From contig MGQD01000056.1 of the NCBI GenBank assembly GCA_001797695.1, forward strand, positions 1-29,507: a stretch of DNA of 29,507 nucleotides, read 5' to 3'. Source of the DNA: Deltaproteobacteria bacterium RBG_13_49_15. GTDB taxonomy: Bacteria; Desulfobacterota; Desulfobacteria; Desulfobacterales; UBA2156. Below, in pieces: positions 16,845 through 25,589 of this stretch (the first letter of the stretch is position 1; every line of letters starts with the position of its first letter). The translations under genes were made by a program, and so were the position numbers. A model generated the notes under the pieces. That model was not told where the DNA came from. It searched no databases and worked only from the letters and a program-made list of their open reading frames with translations.

Positions 16845-17844
16845 AGAACCGTTCATAGTTTCGCTTGTTGAACCAGCTTAAATATTCCTCCTCCGGTCTC
16901 GTCTCCTCTTCAAGAGCATGCCACACATCTTCCGGCATATCCCAATCGGAAGAGAGCATGTTTTCTTCGAGCTGTTCCAATTTTCTGACACCGATGATGA
17001 CAGAGGCGACGATCTTCCGTTTCAAAGGCCATGCAATTGCCAGCCTCGTCATGGAAATGCCGCATTCAGATGACACCTTTTCCAAAATTTGAGCTGTTTT
17101 CAACCCTTTAGCATGCCAGAACCTGGGCCCATCGACCTGGGTGCGGAAAAAATGACGTGTCCCCTCAGCCGGCTGGGTCATCCCCTTGTATTTACCGCTG
17201 AGAAGACCTCCTCCTAAAGGGCTGTAACATAAAAGGCCGATGCCGTGGTCCGAAATGGCCGGAATAATCTCTTTTTCCGGTTCCCGATGGATCAGATTGT
17301 AAACGTGCTGAGCGGCTATAAATTTTTCCAAATTCATTCGGGCGGATATTCCGGCGGCTTTGGCGATCTGCCATGCGAAAAGATTGCTGCAACCCAGATA
17401 GCGGACTTTGCCCTGCCTGACAAGGTCATCCAAAGCGCGAACGGTTTCTTCGAGTGGGGTAATGGGATCAGGACCGTGGATATAATAAAGATCAATATAA
17501 TCGGTTTTCATCCGCCTCAAGCTCCCTTCACAGGAAGCGATGACGTGTTTTCGGGAAAGGCCGTATCGGTTTGGTTCCTTACCCACGGGAAAATAACATT
17601 TTGAGGCGATGATTATTTGGTCCCGGGGGATCTGAGACATCATGTTTCCAAGGATTTCTTCTGATTTTCCCCCGGCATAGATATCGGCGCAATCCAGAAA
17701 ATTACCTCCGGTATCGAGATATTTTTTTATGATGGAATGGGCTTCTATTTCATCGCATCCCCAGTCAGGAGTGCCGAAGGTCATGGTTCCGAGGCTGATC
17801 CGGGAGACAAGGAGTCCGGATTTTCCTAAAAAACGATATTTCAT
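16807..17844 (-). CDS. Aldo/keto reductase
   Basis: MKYRFLGKSGLLVSRISLGTM, DCADIY, IASK, DLYYIH, YSPLGGGLLSGKY; start placed at ATG 17844 behind the strong SD aaggaggtg (the track's 18174 start is an upstream overrun). Confidence 0.93.
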   Translation of the reverse strand: MKYRFLGKSGLLVSRISLGTMTFGTPDWGCDEIEAHSIIKKYLDTGGNFLDCADIYAGGKSEEILGNMMSQIPRDQIIIASKCYFPVGKEPNRYGLSRKHVIASCEGSLRRMKTDYIDLYYIHGPDPITPLEETVRALDDLVRQGKVRYLGCSNLFAWQIAKAAGISARMNLEKFIAAQHVYNLIHREPEKEIIPAISDHGIGLLCYSPLGGGLLSGKYKGMTQPAEGTRHFFRTQVDGPRFWHAKGLKTAQILEKVSSECGISMTRLAIAWPLKRKIVASVIIGVRKLEQLEENMLSSDWDMPEDVWHALEEETRPEEEYLSWFNKRNYERFFSAAEFYNEQKF

Positions 17845-17877
17845 TTTCACCTCCTTGAGAAAGTAGATTGATCTTTT

Positions 17878-17906
17878 AAAATAAAATATCAGAAGCGTTA
17901 TGTCAA
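17878..17906 (-). promoter_or_regulatory. Putative sigma70 promoter for the aldo/keto reductase
   Basis: Minus strand TTGACA (17906-17901), 17 nt, TATTTT (17883-17878). Confidence 0.45.
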
Positions 17907-17980
17907 CCAGGCAGCATTGTGGAACCGACGATTGCTTGGCTTTATGGAGAAGTCGGATGTTTTTGCCTATCTTTTCCATT

Positions 17981-18008
17981 TTGAATGATACACGTTTTGT
18001 GGTAGAAT
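17981..18008 (+). promoter_or_regulatory. Putative sigma70 promoter with extended -10 for lipB-lipA
   Basis: TTGAAT (17981-17986), 16 nt, TAGAAT (18003-18008) preceded by TGn. Confidence 0.45.
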
Positions 18009-18051
18009 GATCGATCTTTCGATAGGTTAACGCAACCCAAAAGGAGCCCTT

Positions 18052-18786
18052 GTGAAGCTTTTGGTCGCCAAGATGGGGATGACGGATTACCAGAAGGCGC
18101 TTATCATTCAGGAAGCGCTGTTCCGAAAGCGCCAGCGCGAAGAAATAAGGGACATTATCCTTCTTCTGGAGCATCCGCCGACACTGACTCTGGGGTTGAG
18201 AGGGAAGGAATCAAATATTATTGCAACAAAGGCACAACTGAAGTCCTGCGGAGTGAAAGTGTTCAAAATTTACCGCGGGGGGGATGTGACCTATCATGGC
18301 CCCGGCCAACTCGTTGGATATCCCATCTTGAATCTGATCCAACATGGAAAAGACATCCGGCAATTTATATGGAACATTGAAGAAATCTTTATCCGCTTGT
18401 TGGATGAAGAATATGGACTTGAAGCCGGAAGAATGGACAAATATACAGGGGTTTGGGTAGGAAATGAGAAAATTACAGCTATCGGATGTTCGATCCGGCG
18501 CTGGGTGACCATGCACGGATTTGCCTTCAATGTGAATACCAATCTGGACCATTTTAAGTGGATCAATCCGTGCGGGCTAACGGATAAAACGGTCACATCA
18601 CTGCAACAGCGGATCGGCCGTCCATTGGATATGGAGTGTGTGTATGCACAGGTCGTCACCTACTTTACCCGACAGTTTAAAATGCAGGCTGAGATCATCA
18701 ATCAAGCAGCATTAACCGAATTGACGGAAAGCGAAAAAAATGAATCAGAAGAAACCGGAGTGGCTGAAAGTCAAATTGCAGGGTGA
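18052..18786 (+). CDS. lipB: Octanoyltransferase
   Basis: [54 protein letters not shown]; SD aaggag, GTG start. Confidence 0.95.
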   Translation: MKLLVAKMGMTDYQKALIIQEALFRKRQREEIRDIILLLEHPPTLTLGLRGKESNIIATKAQLKSCGVKVFKIYRGGDVTYHGPGQLVGYPILNLIQHGKDIRQFIWNIEEIFIRLLDEEYGLEAGRMDKYTGVWVGNEKITAIGCSIRRWVTMHGFAFNVNTNLDHFKWINPCGLTDKTVTSLQQRIGRPLDMECVYAQVVTYFTRQFKMQAEIINQAALTELTESEKNESEETGVAESQIAG

Positions 18787-19600
18787 AAAAGAGATCCACG
18801 AGGTCCGGACGATGCTGGAACGATTTTCGCTGCATACGGTTTGCGAAGAGGCCCGCTGTCCGAATATCATAGAATGCTTCGGGAGAAAAACAGCCACGTT
18901 TATGATTCTCGGCAACATCTGCACCCGCAACTGCACCTTTTGTAACATCACCCCGGGGCGCCCCCTAAGCCCTGATCCGGATGAGCCCTTTCATGTCGCT
19001 CAGGCGGTTCGGGGATTGGAACTGAAACATGCGGTCATCACCTCCGTTACCCGGGATGATCTTGCCGACGGGGGGGCGTCCCATTTTGCCAGGGTCATTG
19101 AGGAGATTAAAAAACTTGATATGCAGATTCAGATCGAAGTGCTTGTACCGGATTTTAAGGGGGATCAGGAAGCCTTGCTTCAGGTTGTCCTGGCAAAACC
19201 TCAGATCATCAACCATAACGTGGAAACGGTCCCAAGATTATATCCAAGCGTGCGGCCGGAGGCCGACTATCCACGTTCGCTTCAATTGCTGAAAAGGGTC
19301 AAAAACAGAGATCGCGATCTATTCACAAAATCCGGTTTGATGCTGGGGCTGGGCGAAGAAAGAGATGAAGTGCTCAGTGTTTTCGATGATTTGCGAAATG
19401 TGGAATGCGATTTTTTAACAGTTGGTCAATACCTGGCCCCTTCGAATCAACATCACCCGGTTATCGGTTTTGTCCATCCGGATATTTTTGAAGAGTATCG
19501 GATTGAAGGTCTGAAAAGAGGATTTAAGCATGTGGCTTCAGCGCCTTTGGTCAGAAGCTCTTACCATGCGGAACAGGCAATACAACGGTTAATGTTTTGA
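18740..19600 (+). CDS. lipA: Lipoyl synthase
   Basis: [18 protein letters not shown] (CX4CX5C), CTRNCTFC (radical SAM), NHNVETV, GQYL, VRSSY. Confidence 0.97.
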   Translation: MNQKKPEWLKVKLQGEKEIHEVRTMLERFSLHTVCEEARCPNIIECFGRKTATFMILGNICTRNCTFCNITPGRPLSPDPDEPFHVAQAVRGLELKHAVITSVTRDDLADGGASHFARVIEEIKKLDMQIQIEVLVPDFKGDQEALLQVVLAKPQIINHNVETVPRLYPSVRPEADYPRSLQLLKRVKNRDRDLFTKSGLMLGLGEERDEVLSVFDDLRNVECDFLTVGQYLAPSNQHHPVIGFVHPDIFEEYRIEGLKRGFKHVASAPLVRSSYHAEQAIQRLMF

Positions 19601-19607
19601 AGTCTTC

Positions 19608-20669
19608 TCAGGCTTTCTCTCCGGTATCGAACAGCATGACCCAGTCGTCGATGGATATTCCCGGCGTTTCAACGGAATGGTCCGAGTAGAATGCATCGAT
19701 CAGGGCTTTGAATTCCGAGCGTTTTGCTCCTTCAAACATGGATTCGAGAATCCGGACGGCATCCGGCGGATAGCAGAAGAAATCGCCTGAAATGGAAACC
19801 CCGGCAAATCGATCCTCGTGAATTTCGAAATCCGCTCGTATCAGTCCGCCATTTCCCTTATGAACCTTTTGGAAGAGGTGAACCCCGTCGCGGATCTTAA
19901 GTTTTAGACTAGAGATTCTGCTTTGGATTTTCGTCAGCCACGCATCGCTTTCCATGATGTCGCGAAGCTCATCCATTTTATTCCGTACCGGTTCATCGAG
20001 TGGTCTTGGGTTAAGCGGCCCCAGGAGTTTTGAAAATTCCTCGATCATCATCTCGTTCAGCCGGTCTTCATTCCATTTTATGGCGTTCTCTTCGCCCAAC
20101 TCCTGTCGGATGGTTGAAAGGTTCTCTTTAAGTGTCCGGTAAACTTTGTCGCGGAACTTTTCATCCGGCACTTTCAAAACATGAGCCATCATGTCATGGT
20201 TGAAATCCACGATGAGATTTCCCACAAACACGACAGAAGGGCCGATTTCTCCTACACCGCTTCCGCTGATTTTCCGATTTCCGGCAATAACATCGTTTAT
20301 GGGTTTATATTCGGCGGCAATTCCCAGCCGGCGATAAACATGGATCGCCGGCTGGAGGAATTTTTTATAAAACATCTCTTTTGAAGCGGGAATGCGCGGA
20401 TCATCGCGTTTTAGAATCATCTGGAAAAAGAGCTGATTCCCGTCGAGGTAAACCGCGCCGCCACCGACATCGCGACGGAACATCGGAATCCGATGGCTCC
20501 GGCAAAAATCAACGTCCACCTCCTTGAAAAGGTCCTGATGAAATCCGATACAGACATAAGGGCTTCGCGGAGAGAGCAGGATCAGGCCTTCACGGCCGAG
20601 CTTGGCCATGGCATGATAGACGAGTTGGGAATCATCCCAGGATTGTTTTCCAAGAAGATATAAATCCAT
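19608..20669 (-). CDS. lplA: Lipoate-protein ligase (LplA type with C-terminal accessory domain)
   Basis: CIGFHQ, RRDVGGGAVYLD, KPINDV, RKISGSG, GNLIVD; C-terminal GLIR...ISGDFF domain. Confidence 0.88.
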   Translation of the reverse strand: MDLYLLGKQSWDDSQLVYHAMAKLGREGLILLSPRSPYVCIGFHQDLFKEVDVDFCRSHRIPMFRRDVGGGAVYLDGNQLFFQMILKRDDPRIPASKEMFYKKFLQPAIHVYRRLGIAAEYKPINDVIAGNRKISGSGVGEIGPSVVFVGNLIVDFNHDMMAHVLKVPDEKFRDKVYRTLKENLSTIRQELGEENAIKWNEDRLNEMMIEEFSKLLGPLNPRPLDEPVRNKMDELRDIMESDAWLTKIQSRISSLKLKIRDGVHLFQKVHKGNGGLIRADFEIHEDRFAGVSISGDFFCYPPDAVRILESMFEGAKRSEFKALIDAFYSDHSVETPGISIDDWVMLFDTGEKA

Positions 20670-20694
20670 GAAACTTAGGTGTTACCTTTTAGGC

Positions 20695-21885
20695 TTAATG
20701 ACTCTCCATGGCTTTTCTGACCAATTGGACGATATCCATAACTTCCAGAGAGATCTTGTTGCGCTTAACATAAGCGGTGATGGTTCTCACACACTGCTGG
20801 CAGGAGGTAACCACGCTTTGGGCGCCGGTTGACAAAATTTCTTCTACTTTGAGCTTGGCGATTTTACCGGCCAACTCCGCGTCCATCATTTCCAGGTTGC
20901 CGCCGCCGCCGCAGCATCGACAATTTTCTTTGTTCCGGGGGAGTTCAATCAGCTTTATTCCGGGGATTGAACGGATGATCTCGCGGGGCGGATCAAAAAC
21001 GCGTGCTCCCCGGCCTAGGTCGCACGGGTCATGGTAGGTAACCGTCATGGGAAGTGATTTGAATTCTAGATTTTTTGACCGCACGAGTTTAAGCAAAAAC
21101 TCCGTGACATGGGTGAGCTCAATTTCTGCATGGTAATGATCACGCCACATCTGATAGCAGGACGGGCATGCAAAAATGGCGGTTTTAGCTCCCATTGCTT
21201 TTACCGAAGCCAGATTATGCTCTCTGAGCTCATCGAACATTTCCATGAACCCGGCTCCAAGCAGCGGGAAGCCGCAGCACCATTCCTCTTGGCCAAGGAG
21301 TGCAAAATCGACTCCTCCGGCATCCAGTATTTCTGCAAGTGCAATCGGTATTTTCTGAGCCAGCGGAAAATAGGAAGCCACACACCCGGTAAAGAAAATC
21401 ACTTCAGCCTGTTTTTTCAGGTAGCTGTCATCCCGGGGATGCCGCATATCAGCCACCCAATCCGCCCGCTCGGCGTTATCTTCTGCAAAAACATTGCGGC
21501 TTTGAGAAAGGTTTTTTCGGATCATGTCGATTTTTTGAGGGAAGGCGTCGGAATGGGCGAGATCCCGGCGCAAGGAAAACCATATCTCCTTTAGGCGTAT
21601 CCCCAGGGGGCAGACCTCTTGACAATTTCCGCAAAGGGTGCATCGGAAAACCGTATCAGCGTATTTCTTCCGGTCTTCTTGGGAAAGAGCTTTCCGGCCA
21701 AGCAGTTTCTGTAAGAGGCTGGTTTTTCCCTTCAGGTTCTCCCTTAATCGGCTCAGTCGATATACGGCGGAAAGCCTGCCGTCGGTTGCTGCCAAGGCTG
21801 CCGGGCATGCTTCAGCACATAAACGGCAGTTCGTGCAGGCGTCCATTTCCAGAAGCTGGCGGATAGTGTAGTCAGGCTTTTCCAT
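20695..21885 (-). CDS. HdrD/GlpC-like Fe-S oxidoreductase (two [4Fe-4S] motifs, two CCG domains)
   Basis: CTNCRLCAEACP, CTLCGNCQEVCP, FTGCVAS...EWCCGFP...ACPSC, YHDPCDLGR...CCGGGG...TSCQQC. Confidence 0.9.
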   Translation of the reverse strand: MEKPDYTIRQLLEMDACTNCRLCAEACPAALAATDGRLSAVYRLSRLRENLKGKTSLLQKLLGRKALSQEDRKKYADTVFRCTLCGNCQEVCPLGIRLKEIWFSLRRDLAHSDAFPQKIDMIRKNLSQSRNVFAEDNAERADWVADMRHPRDDSYLKKQAEVIFFTGCVASYFPLAQKIPIALAEILDAGGVDFALLGQEEWCCGFPLLGAGFMEMFDELREHNLASVKAMGAKTAIFACPSCYQMWRDHYHAEIELTHVTEFLLKLVRSKNLEFKSLPMTVTYHDPCDLGRGARVFDPPREIIRSIPGIKLIELPRNKENCRCCGGGGNLEMMDAELAGKIAKLKVEEILSTGAQSVVTSCQQCVRTITAYVKRNKISLEVMDIVQLVRKAMESH

Positions 21886-21917
21886 TTGGCGTATTTTGCT
21901 TTTGGCTAAAATTGAGT

Positions 21918-22340
21918 TTAGGTTTTAGCAAATTTTTTAATATCCGCCAGGATCCATTTTCTGATGGCGTCCGGCCCATGGATCAACATAGACAGCTCGG
22001 CTTTATCTGAGGGTTTGATTTTGAACATCCACCCTTTTCCATAGCAATCCTGATTGATAAGTCCGGGGGTATTTTCCAGTTCGTCATTCACTTCAACGAG
22101 CTCTCCGGTGACCGGTGCGTTGATTTTGCCAAGCCATTTCCCTGACTCGACCTTTGCGAATCGTTTTCCGGCGGTGAGCGTTTTTCCGGGTTCCGGAAGT
22201 TGCACATAAACGATCTCCCCGGCAAGCTTTTGGGCAAAATCATCCATGCCCATCATCAGTAGAGCTCCTTCTTCTTTGACCCAGCAGTGACCCTCTTCAT
22301 AATATCGGTCTTCGGGCATGTTGTAACCTTCGATATCCAT
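21918..22340 (-). CDS. gcvH: Glycine cleavage H-like / LbpA-like lipoyl carrier protein
   Basis: YYEEGHCWV, GMDDFAQKLAGEIVYVQLP, VESGK (lipoyl Lys), APVTGE..EVN, NQDCYGKGW; SD ggaggagg. No gcvP or gcvT in the window. Confidence 0.85.
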   Translation of the reverse strand: MDIEGYNMPEDRYYEEGHCWVKEEGALLMMGMDDFAQKLAGEIVYVQLPEPGKTLTAGKRFAKVESGKWLGKINAPVTGELVEVNDELENTPGLINQDCYGKGWMFKIKPSDKAELSMLIHGPDAIRKWILADIKKFAKT

Positions 22341-22385
22341 AATCTCCCTCCTCCAGTGTATAAAAACCTTATTATCGGATTGTTC

Positions 22386-24170
22386 TTAGGATCTGTTTCG
22401 CACGGCATTTATTGCCAGAACGACCGGCGCCAGGATGATGTGAAACATTCCGGAAAAAGGCAGATAGGCGATAAAAATTCCGGCCAACGCCGCATGAACA
22501 TACCAGATATATCCATAAATGGAATCAAGCCCCGTCATGCCGATAAATAATCGGCCGGCGCCATTTCCGATAAATGCATATCCCGAACCCGGCGGAAAAT
22601 CGGTCATGGCAATGCGTATTGCTTCAAGAGCAAACCCGACCAGCACAATGGTTCCGATAAGCCCGGTGGCAAGCCGGTCTTTTTTGGGAAGAGATGGAAG
22701 TTGCATGGGCCGGTCTTTTATATTTCGAACGATCGCCATCACTGCACCCGAGATGATCATCACACCTGTGAAATCGAAAACAAAGCCGCAAATCGGATGA
22801 TTTTTATTCAGCATCAACCAGGGGAATCTCGTTTCCGGCATCCATAAAGAGCCGATCAGCGCGATCATCCCCCATCCGAATCGCAAAGTTAAAGGCCAGA
22901 CGATAAGACCGTGAACCAGCCATCGCATGGTCGATCGACGATATAGCTGCAATTGGAGTAAGCCGTCCAGAAAAAGCGCTCTGGCGACTAATAATATCTT
23001 TTGGGAAAAAACCGTTTGAATGGTCAAACCGATCAACCCGGCAATTTTACGAACGATCCCGGCGGACTCTTTTCCAGGCCATGCGCCCGACAGCCAATAG
23101 GAAAAGGCCGATGCCGTTCCAAAACCAAAAATGATCAGGGCCAAAATCGTTATCGGGTCGGATGATGAAAAGGTAGCCGCATGGCAAGGCATGCAAAGAA
23201 TGCTCTTTGGAGGCAGAATCATTGCTGCAGCACCAACCGGATTCCCTTGGATGTGACATCTGCTGCAAAAGCGGTCGGTTTTTTCCGCGATCATGTTATG
23301 AATCACGCTGGGGGTATCGTCTTCAACCATCCGCAACCATATGACAGCTCCTGTTTGTGCGTCTTTTCGGGGAAAAATGGATTTGAGATGGCAGGCTTCA
23401 CAGGAGACGCCGGCGTGTCCGTCATGGATGACCTTATCATTGTGAGGGGTGTGGCATTTGCGGCAATCGGCCGCTTGTTGATCGGCATGTCCGAAACGGG
23501 CCGCTTCAGGATGGCACATCAGGCATGAGATCTTCTCATGGGGCCAAAATCCTTCAGATGAGATATTGAGCGCCGTCGGCTTGCTCTTTTCGCTAATAAA
23601 TCCAGCGCGGTTTTGCCGTCCGCGACAGATAAGGCATAAAACTTTGGAGTGCAATACCTCCCGGGGATCGTTCGGATCCAATCTGCGGTGACAGGCCATG
23701 CAGGCCTCATCTCCTACAGAAAGGGCCGGCAGGTGTTCTTTGAGCTCATGGCAGACTCCGCATTGTTTTTCACATGGCTGAGAAGGGTCGTAATGCCGGG
23801 CGGTCTTGGAGAGCCTTAATTGGTAGTGCGGATCATGGCATTTTGTGCAATGGCGGTAATCTTGATCCGTCTTTAAGGGATTCCCTGCGTGTTTTTCTTC
23901 CTTGATGTCTAAATATACCTTCTGATGGCAGCTTTCACATCGATCGGCGCGGAAAAAAGCTCTCGGGTTGGAATTGACCTTGGCTGGATCCGGATGAAAT
24001 TTTTTTTGGGAAATGTCGTGATGACATTCCAGGCAGGTAATTTGTCCATGAGCGGAAACATGCCGGCGTCCTTCTTCGATCAGCCATGACTCATCGGCGG
24101 ATATATTCCCGATAAAAATAAATGATGCCATCAGGCATACTGCGATTCCCTTTCCCATGGACCCCATCAA
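22386..24170 (-). CDS. Multiheme cytochrome c (10 CxxCH) fused to NarI/DsrM/HmcE-like cytochrome b membrane domain
   Basis: Signal-like N-terminus; CLECH, CESCH, CTKCH, CGVCH, CMACH, CLMCH, CRKCH, CEACH, CSRCH, CMPCH; then several TM helices with RWLVH, WYVH and LPFSGMFH. Start could be 24170 (TTG), 24167 or 24158. Confidence 0.85.
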   Translation of the reverse strand: MMGSMGKGIAVCLMASFIFIGNISADESWLIEEGRRHVSAHGQITCLECHHDISQKKFHPDPAKVNSNPRAFFRADRCESCHQKVYLDIKEEKHAGNPLKTDQDYRHCTKCHDPHYQLRLSKTARHYDPSQPCEKQCGVCHELKEHLPALSVGDEACMACHRRLDPNDPREVLHSKVLCLICRGRQNRAGFISEKSKPTALNISSEGFWPHEKISCLMCHPEAARFGHADQQAADCRKCHTPHNDKVIHDGHAGVSCEACHLKSIFPRKDAQTGAVIWLRMVEDDTPSVIHNMIAEKTDRFCSRCHIQGNPVGAAAMILPPKSILCMPCHAATFSSSDPITILALIIFGFGTASAFSYWLSGAWPGKESAGIVRKIAGLIGLTIQTVFSQKILLVARALFLDGLLQLQLYRRSTMRWLVHGLIVWPLTLRFGWGMIALIGSLWMPETRFPWLMLNKNHPICGFVFDFTGVMIISGAVMAIVRNIKDRPMQLPSLPKKDRLATGLIGTIVLVGFALEAIRIAMTDFPPGSGYAFIGNGAGRLFIGMTGLDSIYGYIWYVHAALAGIFIAYLPFSGMFHIILAPVVLAINAVRNRS

Positions 24171-25538
24171 TCACGGAATATAAATAGCCCAATCCAGCGC
24201 ATTGCGTGCGGCATCGGCCAGAGACTCGGAAATAGTGGGATGCGGCAGCACCGATCGTGCCAGATCCTCCAGGGTCGCCTCCATTTGGATGGCCAACGCC
24301 GCGGCGCCGATAATTTCTGTGGCAAATGGCGCTAAAACATGAACGCCGAGCAACTCTTTATATTTTTTTTCTCCAACCACTTTGACCACGCCATTGGTGG
24401 CGTCTTGAATCATTGCCATCGGACTGGTCCCCATGCTGGCCGCGCCTGTGACGACGTCATAACCGGCTTCTTCCGCCTCATTCTCCGTCAGTCCCACCGA
24501 TGCGGCCTGAGGAGAAGTAAACGCCACGCGGGGAACGATGTTATCATTAAAGGAGATTGATGCTCCAAGGGCGTTTTCTGCTGCGATGATCCCCATGGCA
24601 GAAGCACGATGTGACTGGAAGGGAATTCGGCCGACGGCGTCACCCACCGCCCAGATTCCGGGAACCTTGGTGGCTAACCGATCGTTTGTCGAAAGGTCTG
24701 ACAGTCCGACGGTTTCAAGCCCCAGTCCATCCAATGCAGGAGTGCGGTCGAGATAAATTACCCGATCAAACAGATGTGCCTCTTCCTTTTCCTTAACGGA
24801 TAAAATAGCCTTCAACCCTCCTCTATCTTTAACAAGAGAAACGATACTACAGGAGTTGTGAATCGTTATCGACGATGACTTCAGGATGCTGCGCAATCGC
24901 TGGCCGATCTCCTGATCAAAATGAGGGAGGATCCCCCGCTCCCGAACGGCCAGCATGACCTGTCCGCCGCAGGCGTTTAAAAACTGTCCAAGTTCCACAG
25001 CCCATGCACCTCCTCCTAATATCAGGGTTCGAGGCGGAATCCGACCCTCTTTCAGAAACTGGCTGGAATTGATGACTCCTTCCAATTCTGATCCTGGAAA
25101 CGACGGCCGCGCCCAATCGGCGCCGGCAGCTATGATAATGGCTTTGGCCTGATATATTTTTTCATCTACGGCGACCCGTCCCGCACCTGCCAGACGCCCG
25201 AGCCCTTGGATGGGGGTTACCTTTTTGGCCTTAATCAATCCCTGGGTCCCCATAGAGAAATAGCCGACCAGTTCATCTTTGAGCTTAAATAAAGCGGATG
25301 GATCTAGGGTCGCAGCGGCATTTGGGAATCCCATCTTGGCGGCAGTCCGGATTGTTTTGGTCCGTTCAAGCGTAGCGGTGAAAAGTTTGGTGGGCACACA
25401 TGCCCGATTCAGACAAAATCCCCCCCAATGTTTCTTTTCCACCAGGCCGACGGCAGCGCCAAGCTGAACTCCCCGTATGGCTGCGGCCACCCCGGCCGGT
25501 CCGCCTCCGATTACAATGATATCGAAGTGTTGAGTCAT
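24171..25538 (-). CDS. lpdA: Dihydrolipoamide dehydrogenase-like flavoprotein (E3)
   Basis: IVIGGGPAG FAD motif, GGFCLNRACVPTK redox disulfide, WAVGDA, HPTISE catalytic dyad. Confidence 0.88.
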   Translation of the reverse strand: MTQHFDIIVIGGGPAGVAAAIRGVQLGAAVGLVEKKHWGGFCLNRACVPTKLFTATLERTKTIRTAAKMGFPNAAATLDPSALFKLKDELVGYFSMGTQGLIKAKKVTPIQGLGRLAGAGRVAVDEKIYQAKAIIIAAGADWARPSFPGSELEGVINSSQFLKEGRIPPRTLILGGGAWAVELGQFLNACGGQVMLAVRERGILPHFDQEIGQRLRSILKSSSITIHNSCSIVSLVKDRGGLKAILSVKEKEEAHLFDRVIYLDRTPALDGLGLETVGLSDLSTNDRLATKVPGIWAVGDAVGRIPFQSHRASAMGIIAAENALGASISFNDNIVPRVAFTSPQAASVGLTENEAEEAGYDVVTGAASMGTSPMAMIQDATNGVVKVVGEKKYKELLGVHVLAPFATEIIGAAALAIQMEATLEDLARSVLPHPTISESLADAARNALDWAIYIP

Positions 25539-25589
25539 AAAATCTCTTTTTTATTCCTCCATCCGTTTTCCTCTTGGCCTCAATAGCTC

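Noticed and set aside
17919-17936. TGGAAC...TTGC sigma54-like promoter upstream of lipB
   Set aside because: There are 11 nt between GG and GC instead of the required 10.
17845-18174. 110-aa N-terminal extension of the aldo/keto reductase in the ORF track
   Set aside because: It overlaps lipB and both promoters and has no family features; a strong SD supports ATG 17844.
24168-24173. E3 and the multiheme cytochrome are in the same frame, separated by a single TGA, in a selA-positive genome (possible Sec readthrough fusion)
   Set aside because: E3 ends at its normal C-terminus, the cytochrome has its own signal-like N-terminus, and the only nearby hairpin (atgcc-tgat-ggcat) is over 30 nt from the UGA. 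Translational coupling is the simpler explanation.
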